In this document: positions 1-10,500 of the stretch, one piece after another
Layout: each line of letters starts with the position of its first letter
Position numbering within the stretch: the first letter of the stretch is position 1
Assembly: GCA_036231405.1 (NCBI GenBank)
Contig: JAZAHK010000012.1
Location: 17,324 to 81,323, forward strand
Direction: 5' to 3'
Length of the DNA stretch: 64,000 nt
Source: Nitrospinota bacterium
Lineage (GTDB): Bacteria; UBA8248
The notes under the pieces: model-generated
The model's input: only the letters and a program-made list of their open reading frames with translations
What the model was told of the DNA's origin: nothing
Database searches by the model: none
Position numbers and translations under genes: made by a program

Positions 1-549
1 CAACAGCTTTGAAAGTGATGTTTCATCAAAAGAAGTTCCAGTAGGATTATTAGGATTAGCCAAGAAGATTATCTTAGTCTTTTCGTTAACTCTCTTCGAA
101 ATATCTTGCAAATCATGTGTAAAATCTTTCATCAAAGAAATATTCATTTCACAACAACTTAGTTGTGAAACTATTTGATAGACAATAAAGGCACCTTCTG
201 AAAATACAACAGAATCATGTGGATCTAAAAATGCATGTGCTATAATTTCTAGAATTTCGTTAGTTCCATTGCCCAAAATAAAACAGTCATCATGTAAACC
301 ATGAAAATCCGATAAAGCTTTTTTCAGATAAAAACCACTCCCATCCGGATATCGATTGAGATTAGCAAATCCGCTCTTTATCGCCTCAACGGCAAGAGGA
401 GAAGGTCCAAGGGGATTCTCATTAGACGCAAGCTTAACGGTTGTTTTTAGCCCAAGTTCCCTCTCCAACTCTTCTACAGGTTTCCCAGGAAGGTATACAG
501 TAATATTTTCAATGCAATTTGATGTTCTTGAAATTAACTCCAAAATCAT
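1..549 (-). CDS. hisC: Histidinol-phosphate/aromatic aminotransferase (class II PLP aminotransferase), N-terminal 183 aa; 3' end runs off the window
   Basis: Absent from the ORF track because the window edge truncates it. My translation of the minus strand from ATG 549-547 gives MILELISRTSNCIENITVYLPGKPVEELERELGL..VKLASNENPLGPSPLAVEAIK..NRYPDGSGFYLKKAL..FILGNGTNEILEII..KIIFLANPNNPTGTSF. SNENPLGPSP and ANPNNPTG are hallmark HisC-family motifs. It starts 14 nt downstream of the pheA stop. Confidence 0.75.
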   Translation of the reverse strand, partial: MILELISRTSNCIENITVYLPGKPVEELERELGLKTTVKLASNENPLGPSPLAVEAIKSGFANLNRYPDGSGFYLKKALSDFHGLHDDCFILGNGTNEILEIIAHAFLDPHDSVVFSEGAFIVYQIVSQLSCCEMNISLMKDFTHDLQDISKRVNEKTKIIFLANPNNPTGTSFDETSLSKLL

Positions 550-563
550 CTCCGACTATTAAT

Positions 564-1421
564 TTATCCAGAAAAAATATCCTTGGGATAAGAACCCAAA
601 ATCCGAAAAAAACTCACTTCATTTTTTAACTCATTTATCGTTTCAACTAGAACTGGATCCTCAGAATGACCTTCTACATCAACAAAAAAAACATAATCCC
701 ATGCTTGTCTTTTTGAGGGTCTAGATTCTATTTTTGTCAAATTTAATTTCCTCTCAGCAATAGGTTTTAAAAACCTATATAGGGCACCAGGCTGGTTCTT
801 TAAAACAAACAAGAAGCTTGTTTTAGATTCTTTGTCTGTTTGTTTAGCTCTTTTGCCAATAACAAAAAAACGTGTTGAATTGCTCTCAGATGTATCTAAT
901 TTTTCGACAACTATATTAAGCCCGTACACTTCAGCTGCTATTGCGCTACTAAGGGCACCTAAACTTGGATCTTCTGAAGTATATTTAGCTGCAAGAGAAG
1001 TACTACTAACTTCCTGGAAATCTATTTCAGGAGCATTCTCCCTAAACCAATTCCTACACTGAGCGATAGCATGAGGATGGCTCAGCACTTTTTTTATATT
1101 TTCCAAATTGCTGGATTTAGATAATAAATGAATATCAATCGGAAGGTAAATTTCACCTACAACCAAGACAGTTGACTCGATAAGTAAGTCCAAAGTGATA
1201 TTAACAGTGCCTTCCAATGCGTTTTCTATAGGAACAATCCCATACATAGCTTCATCATTTTCTACACTCTTAAAGATAGAGATGATATCTATCTCAGGTT
1301 TAAATGTAATAGTCCCCTGTCCAGAAAAAAAACGTAAAGCCGCTTCATGTGTAAAAGTAGCCTCAGGTCCAAGATAGCTTACCCTATATGATTTCTCATC
1401 ATCTTTAACCATTTCCTGCAT
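564..1421 (-). CDS. pheA: Prephenate dehydratase (PDT domain plus ACT domain, no fused chorismate mutase)
   Basis: 285 aa. Carries the conserved TRF (NSTRFFVIG) and ESRP (TKIESRPSK) motifs of prephenate dehydratases, with a C-terminal ACT-like regulatory region. Confidence 0.9.
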   Translation of the reverse strand: MQEMVKDDEKSYRVSYLGPEATFTHEAALRFFSGQGTITFKPEIDIISIFKSVENDEAMYGIVPIENALEGTVNITLDLLIESTVLVVGEIYLPIDIHLLSKSSNLENIKKVLSHPHAIAQCRNWFRENAPEIDFQEVSSTSLAAKYTSEDPSLGALSSAIAAEVYGLNIVVEKLDTSESNSTRFFVIGKRAKQTDKESKTSFLFVLKNQPGALYRFLKPIAERKLNLTKIESRPSKRQAWDYVFFVDVEGHSEDPVLVETINELKNEVSFFRILGSYPKDIFSG

Positions 1422-1484
1422 AACGAATCCTTTTCAATACAAATCAACAATTCTAAGGGACCAAATCCTATAAGTCAGGAAATA

Positions 1485-2315
1485 TCAACTCCCTCTAAGT
1501 TCTTTAACTAACTCTTCAGGACAAGAGGATTTCATCAGAGATTCACCAACAAGAATCGCATCTATTCCTGCATGAACAAGTGGTTCTACATCCACCCAAC
1601 CATTTATCCCGCTTTCAGAAACAAGAACAAAATCTTTCTTGTCTGATGGTGAAATATTAGAAAAGATTCTTAATGTATTTCCAGTATCCACCTTGAAAGT
1701 TTTTAAATCTCTATTGTTAACTCCAATTATTTTAGATCCAGCATCTAGTGCTCGCTCTAAATCCTCTTCAGAATAAACTTCAACAAGGGAGTCCATCCCA
1801 TATTCTTCAGCTAACAATCGTAAATCAGCAAGGAGATTAGTTTCGAGAATTGTAGTTATTAACAAAATCGCATCTGCACCAGAAGCCCTAGCTTCAAAAA
1901 TTTGATAAGGATCAAAAATAAATTCTTTTCTCATAACTGGAATTTTGACACTGGAAGATACTTCAGAAAGATCGGAAAGGCTACCCATAAATTTTCTTTT
2001 TTCTGTCAGAACTGAAACAGCAGAGACTCCTGACTTTTCATACGTAGTCGCAATCCTAGAAGGAGAAAATTCATTCACCAAAATACCTTTGGATGGAGAA
2101 GCTTGTTTGACCTCTGCAATCACGTTAATTCTATGACTTTTACGACTACTTGTTGAAGTCGGATTTTTCAAGGCATCTACCATACTTCGAGTAGATGGCA
2201 AACCACTCAATGATTTCCTTAAATCGCTTTCACCCATTTTTAATTTACTTGAAGCGAGATCTTCTTTGACTCCATTTACAATTTCATCAAGAATTGTTTT
2301 TGTTGAAAGTATCAC
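1485..2315 (-). CDS. trpC: Indole-3-glycerol phosphate synthase
   Basis: 276 aa. IGPS motifs VIAEVKQASPSKG, IGVNNRDLKTF and SESGI. Overlaps the trpD stop by 4 nt. Confidence 0.92.
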   Translation of the reverse strand: MILSTKTILDEIVNGVKEDLASSKLKMGESDLRKSLSGLPSTRSMVDALKNPTSTSSRKSHRINVIAEVKQASPSKGILVNEFSPSRIATTYEKSGVSAVSVLTEKRKFMGSLSDLSEVSSSVKIPVMRKEFIFDPYQIFEARASGADAILLITTILETNLLADLRLLAEEYGMDSLVEVYSEEDLERALDAGSKIIGVNNRDLKTFKVDTGNTLRIFSNISPSDKKDFVLVSESGINGWVDVEPLVHAGIDAILVGESLMKSSCPEELVKELRGS

Positions 2316-3322
2316 GAATTAGTAACCTCAACTAATTGATCTAATTTTCTATTTGCGTCGCCATTATCTAAAACTTCACCCGCTAAATTAACTCCCTCCT
2401 CAAAATTATCCACTTTTCCAGAAACTAAAAGAGCAGCCGAAGCATTCATAAGTACAATATCCCTTTTTGCTCCTTTTTCTCCACCTAGGATACTTCTAGT
2501 TATTTCTGCATTTTCTTTAGGATTCCCTCCAAACAATTCCTTGCTTTCTACTTCTTGCAAACCAAAATCTACGGGCTTTAGTGTATACGTACTAACCTCT
2601 TTCCCGTTCCATTCTGACACTTGAGTGGAACCACATAGTGTAATTTCATCCATACCATCAGAACCGTGAACAACAAAAGCTCTCTCACAATCAAGCTTTG
2701 ACAACACCTCAGCTATCAACTCAGTAAGAGACTCTGAATACACTCCTACCAAAAGAGTTTCCGCATTTGCAGGATTAGTCAAAGGCCCCATCACATTGAA
2801 AATACTCCTCATAGCAAGTTCTCTCCTAGGACCAATCGCGTGTTTCATTGCCCCATGTAGTAATGGAGCAAAAAGGAAAGCAATTCCAACTTCATCTAAA
2901 CAATCACCAATTTTTTCTGGAGTTATTTCAATATTCACACCTAAGTCCCTTAATACGTCAGCAGAACCCGAATTACTAGAAACTGAACGGTTCCCATGCT
3001 TAGCTACAGGTTGCCCAGTAGCAGACACAACTAAGGCAGTTGTAGTACTGATATTAAAAGTATTGATTCCATCTCCTCCAGTTCCAACCACATCAACTAC
3101 ATGAGGATGACTAGTGTTAATTTTTGTAGATTTACTTCGCATAGAACGAACACTCCCTACTATTTCATCTGGAGATTCTCCAAGCATCCTTAAAGCAACA
3201 AGATACCCACCAATTTGCGCTTCTGTCGCCTCACCACTCATAATCTGTTCCATAACCTCTTCAGCTTCAACAGCAGTCAGATGAATATTTTCCACCAGCT
3301 TACCTATTGCTTTTTCGATCAT
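2312..3322 (-). CDS. trpD: Anthranilate phosphoribosyltransferase
   Basis: 336 aa. DVVGTGGDG motif, KHGNRSVSS and PLTNP, typical of glycosyl transferase family 3 TrpD. Confidence 0.93.
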   Translation of the reverse strand: MIEKAIGKLVENIHLTAVEAEEVMEQIMSGEATEAQIGGYLVALRMLGESPDEIVGSVRSMRSKSTKINTSHPHVVDVVGTGGDGINTFNISTTTALVVSATGQPVAKHGNRSVSSNSGSADVLRDLGVNIEITPEKIGDCLDEVGIAFLFAPLLHGAMKHAIGPRRELAMRSIFNVMGPLTNPANAETLLVGVYSESLTELIAEVLSKLDCERAFVVHGSDGMDEITLCGSTQVSEWNGKEVSTYTLKPVDFGLQEVESKELFGGNPKENAEITRSILGGEKGAKRDIVLMNASAALLVSGKVDNFEEGVNLAGEVLDNGDANRKLDQLVEVTNS

Positions 3323-3362
3323 AGAATCTTCCTTATGAAATTTAGAATTGATGAAAAAACCA

Positions 3363-3941
3363 TCAAAAACTACTCATATCTAACGCATTCTTAAGTAAAA
3401 GTTTTCCATCAACAGATAAAATAGACTCAGGGTGAAATTGAACGCCAAAGACTAAAGTGTTTTTTACATGAATACCCATAATTTCGTCTCTTTCTGTCCT
3501 AGCAGAAACTGTTATTCTTTCAGGTAAAGTTTCATTTTCTAGGATAAGACTATGATAACGAGTTGCAGTTACTGGATTCGAAACTCCTTTAAATAAATCC
3601 TTGCCATCATGAAAAACTTCTGATGTCTTTCCATGCATAATACGTTCTGCACGTATTACTTTAGCACCAAAAACCGCGCCTATAACCTGATGACCAAGAC
3701 AAACCCCAAGGATCGGATACTTTTCAGAAAATGTTTGAACAACTTCCATCGAAAGTCCTGCATTCTCGGGTCTACTAGGGCCAGGAGAAATTACAATTAA
3801 ATCAGGATTATAATTTTCAATATCCTCAAGATTAAATGAATCATTTCTCCAAACGTGTACGTCTGATCCGAGTTCAGAAAAATACTGAAATAAATTGTAA
3901 GTAAACGAATCGTAATTATCTACCATCAAAATCTTAGACAA
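3363..3941 (-). CDS. trpG: Anthranilate synthase component II (glutamine amidotransferase)
   Basis: 192 aa. Class I GATase motifs GVCLGHQ (catalytic Cys) and VQFHPES. Directly abuts the trpE stop. Confidence 0.9.
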   Translation of the reverse strand: MSKILMVDNYDSFTYNLFQYFSELGSDVHVWRNDSFNLEDIENYNPDLIVISPGPSRPENAGLSMEVVQTFSEKYPILGVCLGHQVIGAVFGAKVIRAERIMHGKTSEVFHDGKDLFKGVSNPVTATRYHSLILENETLPERITVSARTERDEIMGIHVKNTLVFGVQFHPESILSVDGKLLLKNALDMSSF

Positions 3942-5468
3942 TTACTTTTCCTCACAATCTTCATCGATTGAGACCCCCTTTGCTACCTGAATCGCCCGTA
4001 ACATTCCCTTTGCTTTATTAATAGTTTCTTCAAATTCAAAATCCGGCTTTGAGTCTGAAACAATACCCGCACCTACTTGCAGATATATCTTGCTATTCTT
4101 TATATAAACAGTTCTGATTGCTATACACGTATCCATGTTTCCATCAAAACCGAAGTAACCTACAGCGCCTGCGTATGGCCCTCTCCTCACGGGCTCTATT
4201 TCTTCTATAATCTCCATAGCCCTTACTTTAGGTGCACCAGAAACAGTACCGGCTGGAAATGTAGCACGAATCACATCAAATGCATCCTTCCCATTAACAA
4301 GTTTTCCTACAACATTGCTAACAATATGCATCACATGACTATAACGTTCTATAACCATTTTTTCGGTCACACAAACTGTTCCAGGCTTACAGATTCGTCC
4401 AATATCGTTTCTCCCAAGATCGAGCAACATAATATGCTCCGCAATTTCCTTTTCATCTGAGAGGAGTTCTTTTTCTAATTCAAGATCTTCTTTTTCATCT
4501 TTTCCCCTCTTCCTTGTCCCTGCAATAGGACGAACTTCTACAGTGTCATTCTCAAGTCTAACAAGGACTTCAGGAGAAGCTCCTACTAAAGTAATTTCAT
4601 CAAGTACAAGAAAAAACATATAAGGTGAAGGATTAACTCTTCGAAGAGAACAATAAAGAGAGAATGGGTCTACATGCAGTTCCCTTTCAAGACGCTGCGA
4701 CAGAACTACTTGAATAGCTTCACCTTCATTAATCATTTCAACAATTTTACTCACAGAATCTTTAAAGTGAGAAGAAGTAAAGGAAGAGGTAAATTCACCC
4801 TCTACACCTAATTCTCCATCTTTTACAAACTTGTCATTTTTCTTGAATTTAACAGCATACGATTTTTCTACTAAAAGGCGATCAATCAAATAATCGATGG
4901 ATTCAATTGCATTTGCATAAGAATTTTCCGATCGATCATTAAGAAATGCATTAACAACTACCTTCATCGAATTATTCAAATTATCAAATATTACCATCGA
5001 CTGAGTAAGCATAAAAAAGAGGTCAGGTAAATTAAGATCATCTATTGAGTTTTCTGGAAGTGTTTCTACAAAACGTATCGCATCGTAGGAAATATACCCT
5101 ACAGCACCACCACAAAAACGTGGTAATTCTCCTACTCTTACAGGATTATAGGAAGACATAAAATCTTTCATGAATTCGAAAGGATCAGAAACCTCTAACA
5201 ATTCTTTCTGACCCGCTCGTATCACTTCCATTTGAGCACCCTTGCCCCTCAAAATCAATAAGGGGTCATTTCCGAAAAAAGAATATCTTGCCCACTTTTC
5301 TCCGCCCTCAACACTTTCAAATAAAAACGAATATTTTCCTTCTCTAATTTTCATATAAGCAGAAACAGGATCGTCCTTAAGCGCTGGAATTTCTCTATAA
5401 ACAGGAACGACATCGCCTATTTCAGACAATTTTCGAAAATTTTCTATGTCAGGAAAATATTCTTGCAT
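3942..5468 (-). CDS. trpE: Anthranilate synthase component I
   Basis: Chorismate-binding enzyme motifs [42 protein letters not shown] and GPYAGAVGY. The ORF opens at 5495 (TTG), but the ATG at 5468 (MQEYFPD...) is the more plausible start. Confidence 0.92.
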   Translation of the reverse strand: MQEYFPDIENFRKLSEIGDVVPVYREIPALKDDPVSAYMKIREGKYSFLFESVEGGEKWARYSFFGNDPLLILRGKGAQMEVIRAGQKELLEVSDPFEFMKDFMSSYNPVRVGELPRFCGGAVGYISYDAIRFVETLPENSIDDLNLPDLFFMLTQSMVIFDNLNNSMKVVVNAFLNDRSENSYANAIESIDYLIDRLLVEKSYAVKFKKNDKFVKDGELGVEGEFTSSFTSSHFKDSVSKIVEMINEGEAIQVVLSQRLERELHVDPFSLYCSLRRVNPSPYMFFLVLDEITLVGASPEVLVRLENDTVEVRPIAGTRKRGKDEKEDLELEKELLSDEKEIAEHIMLLDLGRNDIGRICKPGTVCVTEKMVIERYSHVMHIVSNVVGKLVNGKDAFDVIRATFPAGTVSGAPKVRAMEIIEEIEPVRRGPYAGAVGYFGFDGNMDTCIAIRTVYIKNSKIYLQVGAGIVSDSKPDFEFEETINKAKGMLRAIQVAKGVSIDEDCEEK

Positions 5469-5596
5469 ATATAAACATTCCCACTTAAATAACAAATGAA
5501 AGAAAAAATATAAAAGGCTAAGATCAAAATGTTAAAGATCGAACATAACGAATTGATACAGAAACCGTCAACTCTTTTCAATCCAAACTAATCAGT

Positions 5597-6382
5597 TTAA
5601 TCTTCGAAAATCTCTTTCTTATAATCAACCTTGACTAGAGAAAGACCATGAGATGGTGCAGTCGGACCAGCCATTTCTCTATCTCTCGATTCAATCAATA
5701 GAGGCAAAGAATCAACGGGACGTTCCCTCCTCCCAACCTCAACCAGGGTTCCCACAATATTCCTAACCATATGTCTCAAAAAACCGTCTGCAGTAACTCT
5801 CAAAACAATTTCATCAGAACATCTTTCAATATTAAAAGCACTTATTGTTCTCATTGGACATGAGACAATGCTTTTTTTCTTACACAAACTTGTAAAATCT
5901 AGTTTACCTAAAAGATGTTGAGAAGCTTTCTTCATCAGATTTATGTCTAATTCACTTCTGATGTGCCAAGCACGCAACTGGCGCAAAGCACTTTCTGCTC
6001 GTCGATTTAAAATCCTGTATTCATAGGTCTTACATTTTGCGTCATGCTGAGCGTGAAAACTTTTTTTTACCTCTACACATTGCAAAACAACTATATCACC
6101 GCTCATTAAAGAATTAAGAGCTAACCGTATCTTGTCAGGCAAAATTTCTCTGTGTATATCGAAATGGGCAACTTGAGCTAAAGCATGGACACCCGCATCA
6201 GTCCTCCCTGAAGCAACAATTCTAATCAATCTTCCTGAAATTTTCTGAAGTGCATTTTCTATTTCCGATTGCACTGTTCTTTGATTTGGCTGATCCTGCC
6301 AACCCATAAAATTAGTTCCATCATATTCTATTTTTATAGCAAATCTTTTTGGACTGGATATTTTCAAATTGGAATTATCCAT
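5597..6382 (-). CDS. truA: tRNA pseudouridine(38-40) synthase
   Basis: KIEYDGTNFMGWQDQP N-terminus and catalytic-Asp motif ASGRTDAGVHA. I place the start at MDNSN (6382), which removes the 41-nt overlap with uvrA created by the longer ORF (to 6424). Confidence 0.9.
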   Translation of the reverse strand: MDNSNLKISSPKRFAIKIEYDGTNFMGWQDQPNQRTVQSEIENALQKISGRLIRIVASGRTDAGVHALAQVAHFDIHREILPDKIRLALNSLMSGDIVVLQCVEVKKSFHAQHDAKCKTYEYRILNRRAESALRQLRAWHIRSELDINLMKKASQHLLGKLDFTSLCKKKSIVSCPMRTISAFNIERCSDEIVLRVTADGFLRHMVRNIVGTLVEVGRRERPVDSLPLLIESRDREMAGPTAPSHGLSLVKVDYKKEIFED

Positions 6383-6383
6383 A

Positions 6384-9197
6384 TTAGAGACTAGACCGTA
6401 ACAAAAGGCCCGTGGATGAATCATTTGCTAGAGAAATCTGTTCAGGAGGTCCCTCAGCAACTAAATATCCTCCCTCATCTCCACCCTCAGGACCTAAATC
6501 GATCACATTGTCTGAAAAACGTACAACATCCATATTGTGTTCTATGACAATAACTGTATTCCCCTGGTCAACGAGCAAACGCAAGACTGCTAAAAGCTTT
6601 TCTACATCCGAAAAATGTAAACCCGTAGTGGGTTCATCCAGAATATAAAGAGTTTTTCCCGTACCTCTCTTAGAAAGCTCTCTTGCAAGCTTGATTCTTT
6701 GTGCTTCCCCACCACTAAGTGTAGTAGCAGGTTGACCTAACTTAATATACCCCAATCCTACGTCAAGCAAAGTGGATAATTTTTCCCTGATCACCTTAAT
6801 ATTTTCAAAAAGGTCATGTGCTTCACGAACAGTCATATTTAGAACATCAGAAATCGACACCGCTTTATAACGGATTTGGAGAGTTTCTTGATTAAATCTC
6901 CTCCCCAAACAATCTGTGCATTTAACATATATATCAGGAAGAAAGTGCATTTCGACTTTCAAAGAACCTCCGCCTTCACAAGTTTCACATCGTCCTCCTT
7001 TCACATTAAAGCTAAACCTTCCGCTTTGGTATCCACGACTGAGAGAATCCGTTGTTCTTGAGAATATTTCTCTGATTGGCGTAAAAACTCCTGTATAGGT
7101 AGCAGGATTGCTCCGCGGTGTTCTTCCAATCGGGGACTGATCTATATTCACAACTTTGTCAAGATTTTCTACCCCATCTATTACATCGAATTTTCCTGGT
7201 TCCAAGTTTGAGTTATAGAAAATCTTTGATAAAGCACGATAAAGGATACTATCAACTAATGTACTCTTACCGCTTCCGCTAACCCCAGTAACACAATTAA
7301 GAACTCCTAATGGGATTGAAACATCAATTCCCTTTAAGTTGTTTTCTGATGCTCCTTTTATTCTAAGGAATTGATCTTTTTGAACTTCATTAGATTTAGA
7401 AATTGGAATACTCATTCGTCCGGAAAGATACTTGCCGGTTATAGTATCAGAAGATGCGATTTCATCTGGACTACCGACACAAACGATATGCCCACCTTTT
7501 TCTCCAGCGCCTGGCCCCATATCAACTACATAATCAGCATTTTCTATAGTGTCTCTATCATGCTCAACAACTATTATTGAATTTCCCATGTCTCTTAAAT
7601 TTACGAGTGTCGATAACAAGCGATGATTATCTCTAGGATGAAGCCCAATACTCGGTTCATCCAATATATATAGAACTCCAGACAAATTGACTCCAACTTG
7701 ACTCGCAAGCCTAATCCTTTGGCCTTCTCCCCCTGAAAGTGTTCTTGTAGAACGGTCTAATGTAAGATAACCAAGTCCAACAGAATCAATAAACCCTAAT
7801 CTTCCCTCAATTTCTTTAGTAATACGTCCAGCAATAAAATCATCTTTCACGCTTTCAGGAAGTTTACTAAAGAAGTCCTTCAATTTAGAAATAGGAAGTT
7901 CAACCATTTCTTGTAATTTCTTTTGCTGGAAGGTTACTGCCAAACTCTCCTTTTTCAACCTTCCACCCGAACATGATTCACACGGAAAAACACTCATGAA
8001 GTTTTCTAAGTCTGAACGAGTTTTTTCACTACTTGTTTTTTCGTGCAAAACTAACAACTCTTCAAAAATCCCTAAAAATTCTCTTTTCCTTCGAAGCGTA
8101 CGCTTTGAAGTCTTATGGATTACTTTAATTTTTCGTCCTTTAGATCCATAAAACAATGACTTCTTCTGTTTCTCAGAAAGTTCTTCAAAAGGAATATTGT
8201 CAGGGATCCCTAGGATTTCCATAAAAGCATCTAGCGAAGATGAAAGGAGGTTATTTCTTTCTGCGAAAGGTAGGATAGCACCCTCATTTATAGTTTTTGT
8301 AGAATCTGGAACAATTTTTCTAGGGTCCATATTATGTTCTATTCCTAATCCCTTGCAATTTTCGCATGCACCATGAGGGCTATTGAATGAAAACATCCTT
8401 GGCTCCATCTCTGGAATAGTTATTCTACATTCAGCACATCCAAAAAACTCACTTAGTAGAAACTCTTTTTCCATATCAACCACAAATAAAATAAGGCCCT
8501 TTGAAAGAGAACAAGCAGTCTCTATTGAAGATGCTAATCTTGATTCTGAACCTTGCCTAATCACTAATGTATCTACAACGACTTCTATGTCATGGTTTTG
8601 ATTTCTATTTAATTGAATTTCATCAGAAAGTTGATAAAAATTCCTGTCAACTCGAACCTGTGTAAACCCTTTTGCTTCTAACTCATCAAATTCTTTTTGA
8701 TATATTCCCTTTCTGCTACGAACAATGGGAGACAAAATTAAAAGATTAGATCCTTTCTTAAACTCCATGGCTCTTTCAACCATTTTTTCTACACCCATAG
8801 CATTTAAGGATCGACCACAACTAGGACAATGAGGTGTCCCTGATTTTGCATAGAGCAGTCTAAGATAGTCATAAATCCCTGTAACTGTCCCTACAGTGGA
8901 TCTAGGATTTTTGCTAACTGTCTTCTGGTCTATGGAAATAGTTGGAGACAACCCTTCTATTAGGTCAACATCAGGTCTGTCTAATTGGTCTATGAACTGC
9001 CTTGCATATGCAGAAAGAGATTCAATATAACGGCGCTGCCCTTCTGCATAAATTGTATCAAAAGCTAAACTACTTTTTCCGGAACCACTCAAGCCAGTAA
9101 ATACAACAAGTTGATCTCTTGGAATCACCAAGTCAAGATTTTTTAGATTATGTTCTCTAGCGCCTCGAATAGAAATTATTTTTTTAGAAGGCATCAA
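6384..9197 (-). CDS. uvrA: Excinuclease ABC subunit A
   Basis: 937 aa. Two ABC modules with Walker A GLSGSGKSS and GVSGSGKST and LSGGE signatures, plus Cys-cluster zinc fingers (CPSCG, CxxC pairs). Confidence 0.97.
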   Translation of the reverse strand: MMPSKKIISIRGAREHNLKNLDLVIPRDQLVVFTGLSGSGKSSLAFDTIYAEGQRRYIESLSAYARQFIDQLDRPDVDLIEGLSPTISIDQKTVSKNPRSTVGTVTGIYDYLRLLYAKSGTPHCPSCGRSLNAMGVEKMVERAMEFKKGSNLLILSPIVRSRKGIYQKEFDELEAKGFTQVRVDRNFYQLSDEIQLNRNQNHDIEVVVDTLVIRQGSESRLASSIETACSLSKGLILFVVDMEKEFLLSEFFGCAECRITIPEMEPRMFSFNSPHGACENCKGLGIEHNMDPRKIVPDSTKTINEGAILPFAERNNLLSSSLDAFMEILGIPDNIPFEELSEKQKKSLFYGSKGRKIKVIHKTSKRTLRRKREFLGIFEELLVLHEKTSSEKTRSDLENFMSVFPCESCSGGRLKKESLAVTFQQKKLQEMVELPISKLKDFFSKLPESVKDDFIAGRITKEIEGRLGFIDSVGLGYLTLDRSTRTLSGGEGQRIRLASQVGVNLSGVLYILDEPSIGLHPRDNHRLLSTLVNLRDMGNSIIVVEHDRDTIENADYVVDMGPGAGEKGGHIVCVGSPDEIASSDTITGKYLSGRMSIPISKSNEVQKDQFLRIKGASENNLKGIDVSIPLGVLNCVTGVSGSGKSTLVDSILYRALSKIFYNSNLEPGKFDVIDGVENLDKVVNIDQSPIGRTPRSNPATYTGVFTPIREIFSRTTDSLSRGYQSGRFSFNVKGGRCETCEGGGSLKVEMHFLPDIYVKCTDCLGRRFNQETLQIRYKAVSISDVLNMTVREAHDLFENIKVIREKLSTLLDVGLGYIKLGQPATTLSGGEAQRIKLARELSKRGTGKTLYILDEPTTGLHFSDVEKLLAVLRLLVDQGNTVIVIEHNMDVVRFSDNVIDLGPEGGDEGGYLVAEGPPEQISLANDSSTGLLLRSSL

Positions 9198-9263
9198 AGA
9201 CTCTCAGAAAAACCGGAAAGAAAATCGAAGAAAAAAGAAATATTAAGACAAAAAATATTCAAA

Positions 9264-10037
9264 TCAATACCAAATCAAACCACCTGTAAGATTTATATCT
9301 TGACCTGTCATGCGCACAGAATCTTCAGAAGCCAAAAAAACACAAAGAGCTGCATGATCTTCTGGAGTTACAAGAGTTTTTAGTGCCGATGGATCAGTAA
9401 ATGTCTTTTTAGCTTCTTCAAATGTTATCTGGAAACTTTCCGACATATTTTGAATCACACTATCAATGCGTGGGCCTGCAGTTGCACCAGGACAAATAGA
9501 ATTAACTGTAATACCAAACTCTCCTAATTCAAAAGCAAGAGTTCTTGTAAAACCAATAACGGCCATTTTTGATGAAGTATAAGGAGTTCTATTTGGCAAT
9601 GGTCGTTTTCCACTCATAGAACTAACATTAATTATGCGACCATAACGTTTTTCCTTCATCAAGGGTATTACATATTTCGTAACTAAAAACATCCCCTTCA
9701 TATTCACAGAGAAACAGTCTTCCCATTCCTCTAAAGTAACATCCTCACAGGGTTTTGTAGGTCCAGCAACTCCAGAATTATTCACAAGAATATCGACAGA
9801 TCCAAGTTCTGAACTTACTTTCCCAATTAAATTCCGTACTGAAATTTCATCACTTACGTCAGTTTGCACAACCAAAGAACTTGAACCAATCTCTGACGCA
9901 GTTACTTTTAAATTATTAAGATTCCTAGAAGCCAAAACCGTCCTAGCACCATCTTCTGATAGTGCCTTCGCTATTGATTTTCCTATACCTTGTCCAGCGC
10001 CCGTTACTAGAGCTATCTTCCCATCTAATTTTCCCAA
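9264..10037 (-). CDS. Short-chain dehydrogenase/reductase (FabG-like); substrate unknown
   Basis: 257 aa. TGAGQGIG (TGxxxGxG) cofactor motif, NNSG, and catalytic YTSSK (YxxxK). Confidence 0.8.
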   Translation of the reverse strand: MGKLDGKIALVTGAGQGIGKSIAKALSEDGARTVLASRNLNNLKVTASEIGSSSLVVQTDVSDEISVRNLIGKVSSELGSVDILVNNSGVAGPTKPCEDVTLEEWEDCFSVNMKGMFLVTKYVIPLMKEKRYGRIINVSSMSGKRPLPNRTPYTSSKMAVIGFTRTLAFELGEFGITVNSICPGATAGPRIDSVIQNMSESFQITFEEAKKTFTDPSALKTLVTPEDHAALCVFLASEDSVRMTGQDINLTGGLIWY

Positions 10038-10071
10038 ACGAAACCCTCGCTGAATGCATGAGAACTAAACA

Positions 10072-10485
10072 TTAAACTTCAAATCCAGAAAACCAATAGG
10101 CAATTTCTTCTGAAGCAGTTTCAAGCGCATCAGAGCCGTGAGTAGAATTTCGTTCTATGCTTTCTCCAAATTCTTTTCTCAAAGTTCCAGAATTAGCCTC
10201 TTCTGGATTCGTTGCTCCCATCACAACTCGCCAGTGAGAAATTGCTTCCTCTCTTTCTAGCACCATCACTACTGTCCTTCCTGAGGACATATAACTCGTG
10301 AGATCATCAAAAAAAGGTCGTTCAGAATGAACAGCATAAAATCCTTGAGCTTGTTTTTTACTCATTGCTATCAATTTCAAACTCAAGATCTTAAAACCTT
10401 CTTGTTCGACCCGAGCAAGAATCTTCCCAATCAAGTTCCTCTCCACTGCATCCGGCTTAATCATTGCAAACGTTTTCTGCATCAT
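10072..10485 (-). CDS. ndk: Nucleoside diphosphate kinase
   Basis: 137 aa. [11 protein letters not shown]-terminus and active-site His in NSTHGSD. Confidence 0.95.
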   Translation of the reverse strand: MMQKTFAMIKPDAVERNLIGKILARVEQEGFKILSLKLIAMSKKQAQGFYAVHSERPFFDDLTSYMSSGRTVVMVLEREEAISHWRVVMGATNPEEANSGTLRKEFGESIERNSTHGSDALETASEEIAYWFSGFEV

Positions 10486-10500
10486 AAATCTCCAAAATTC

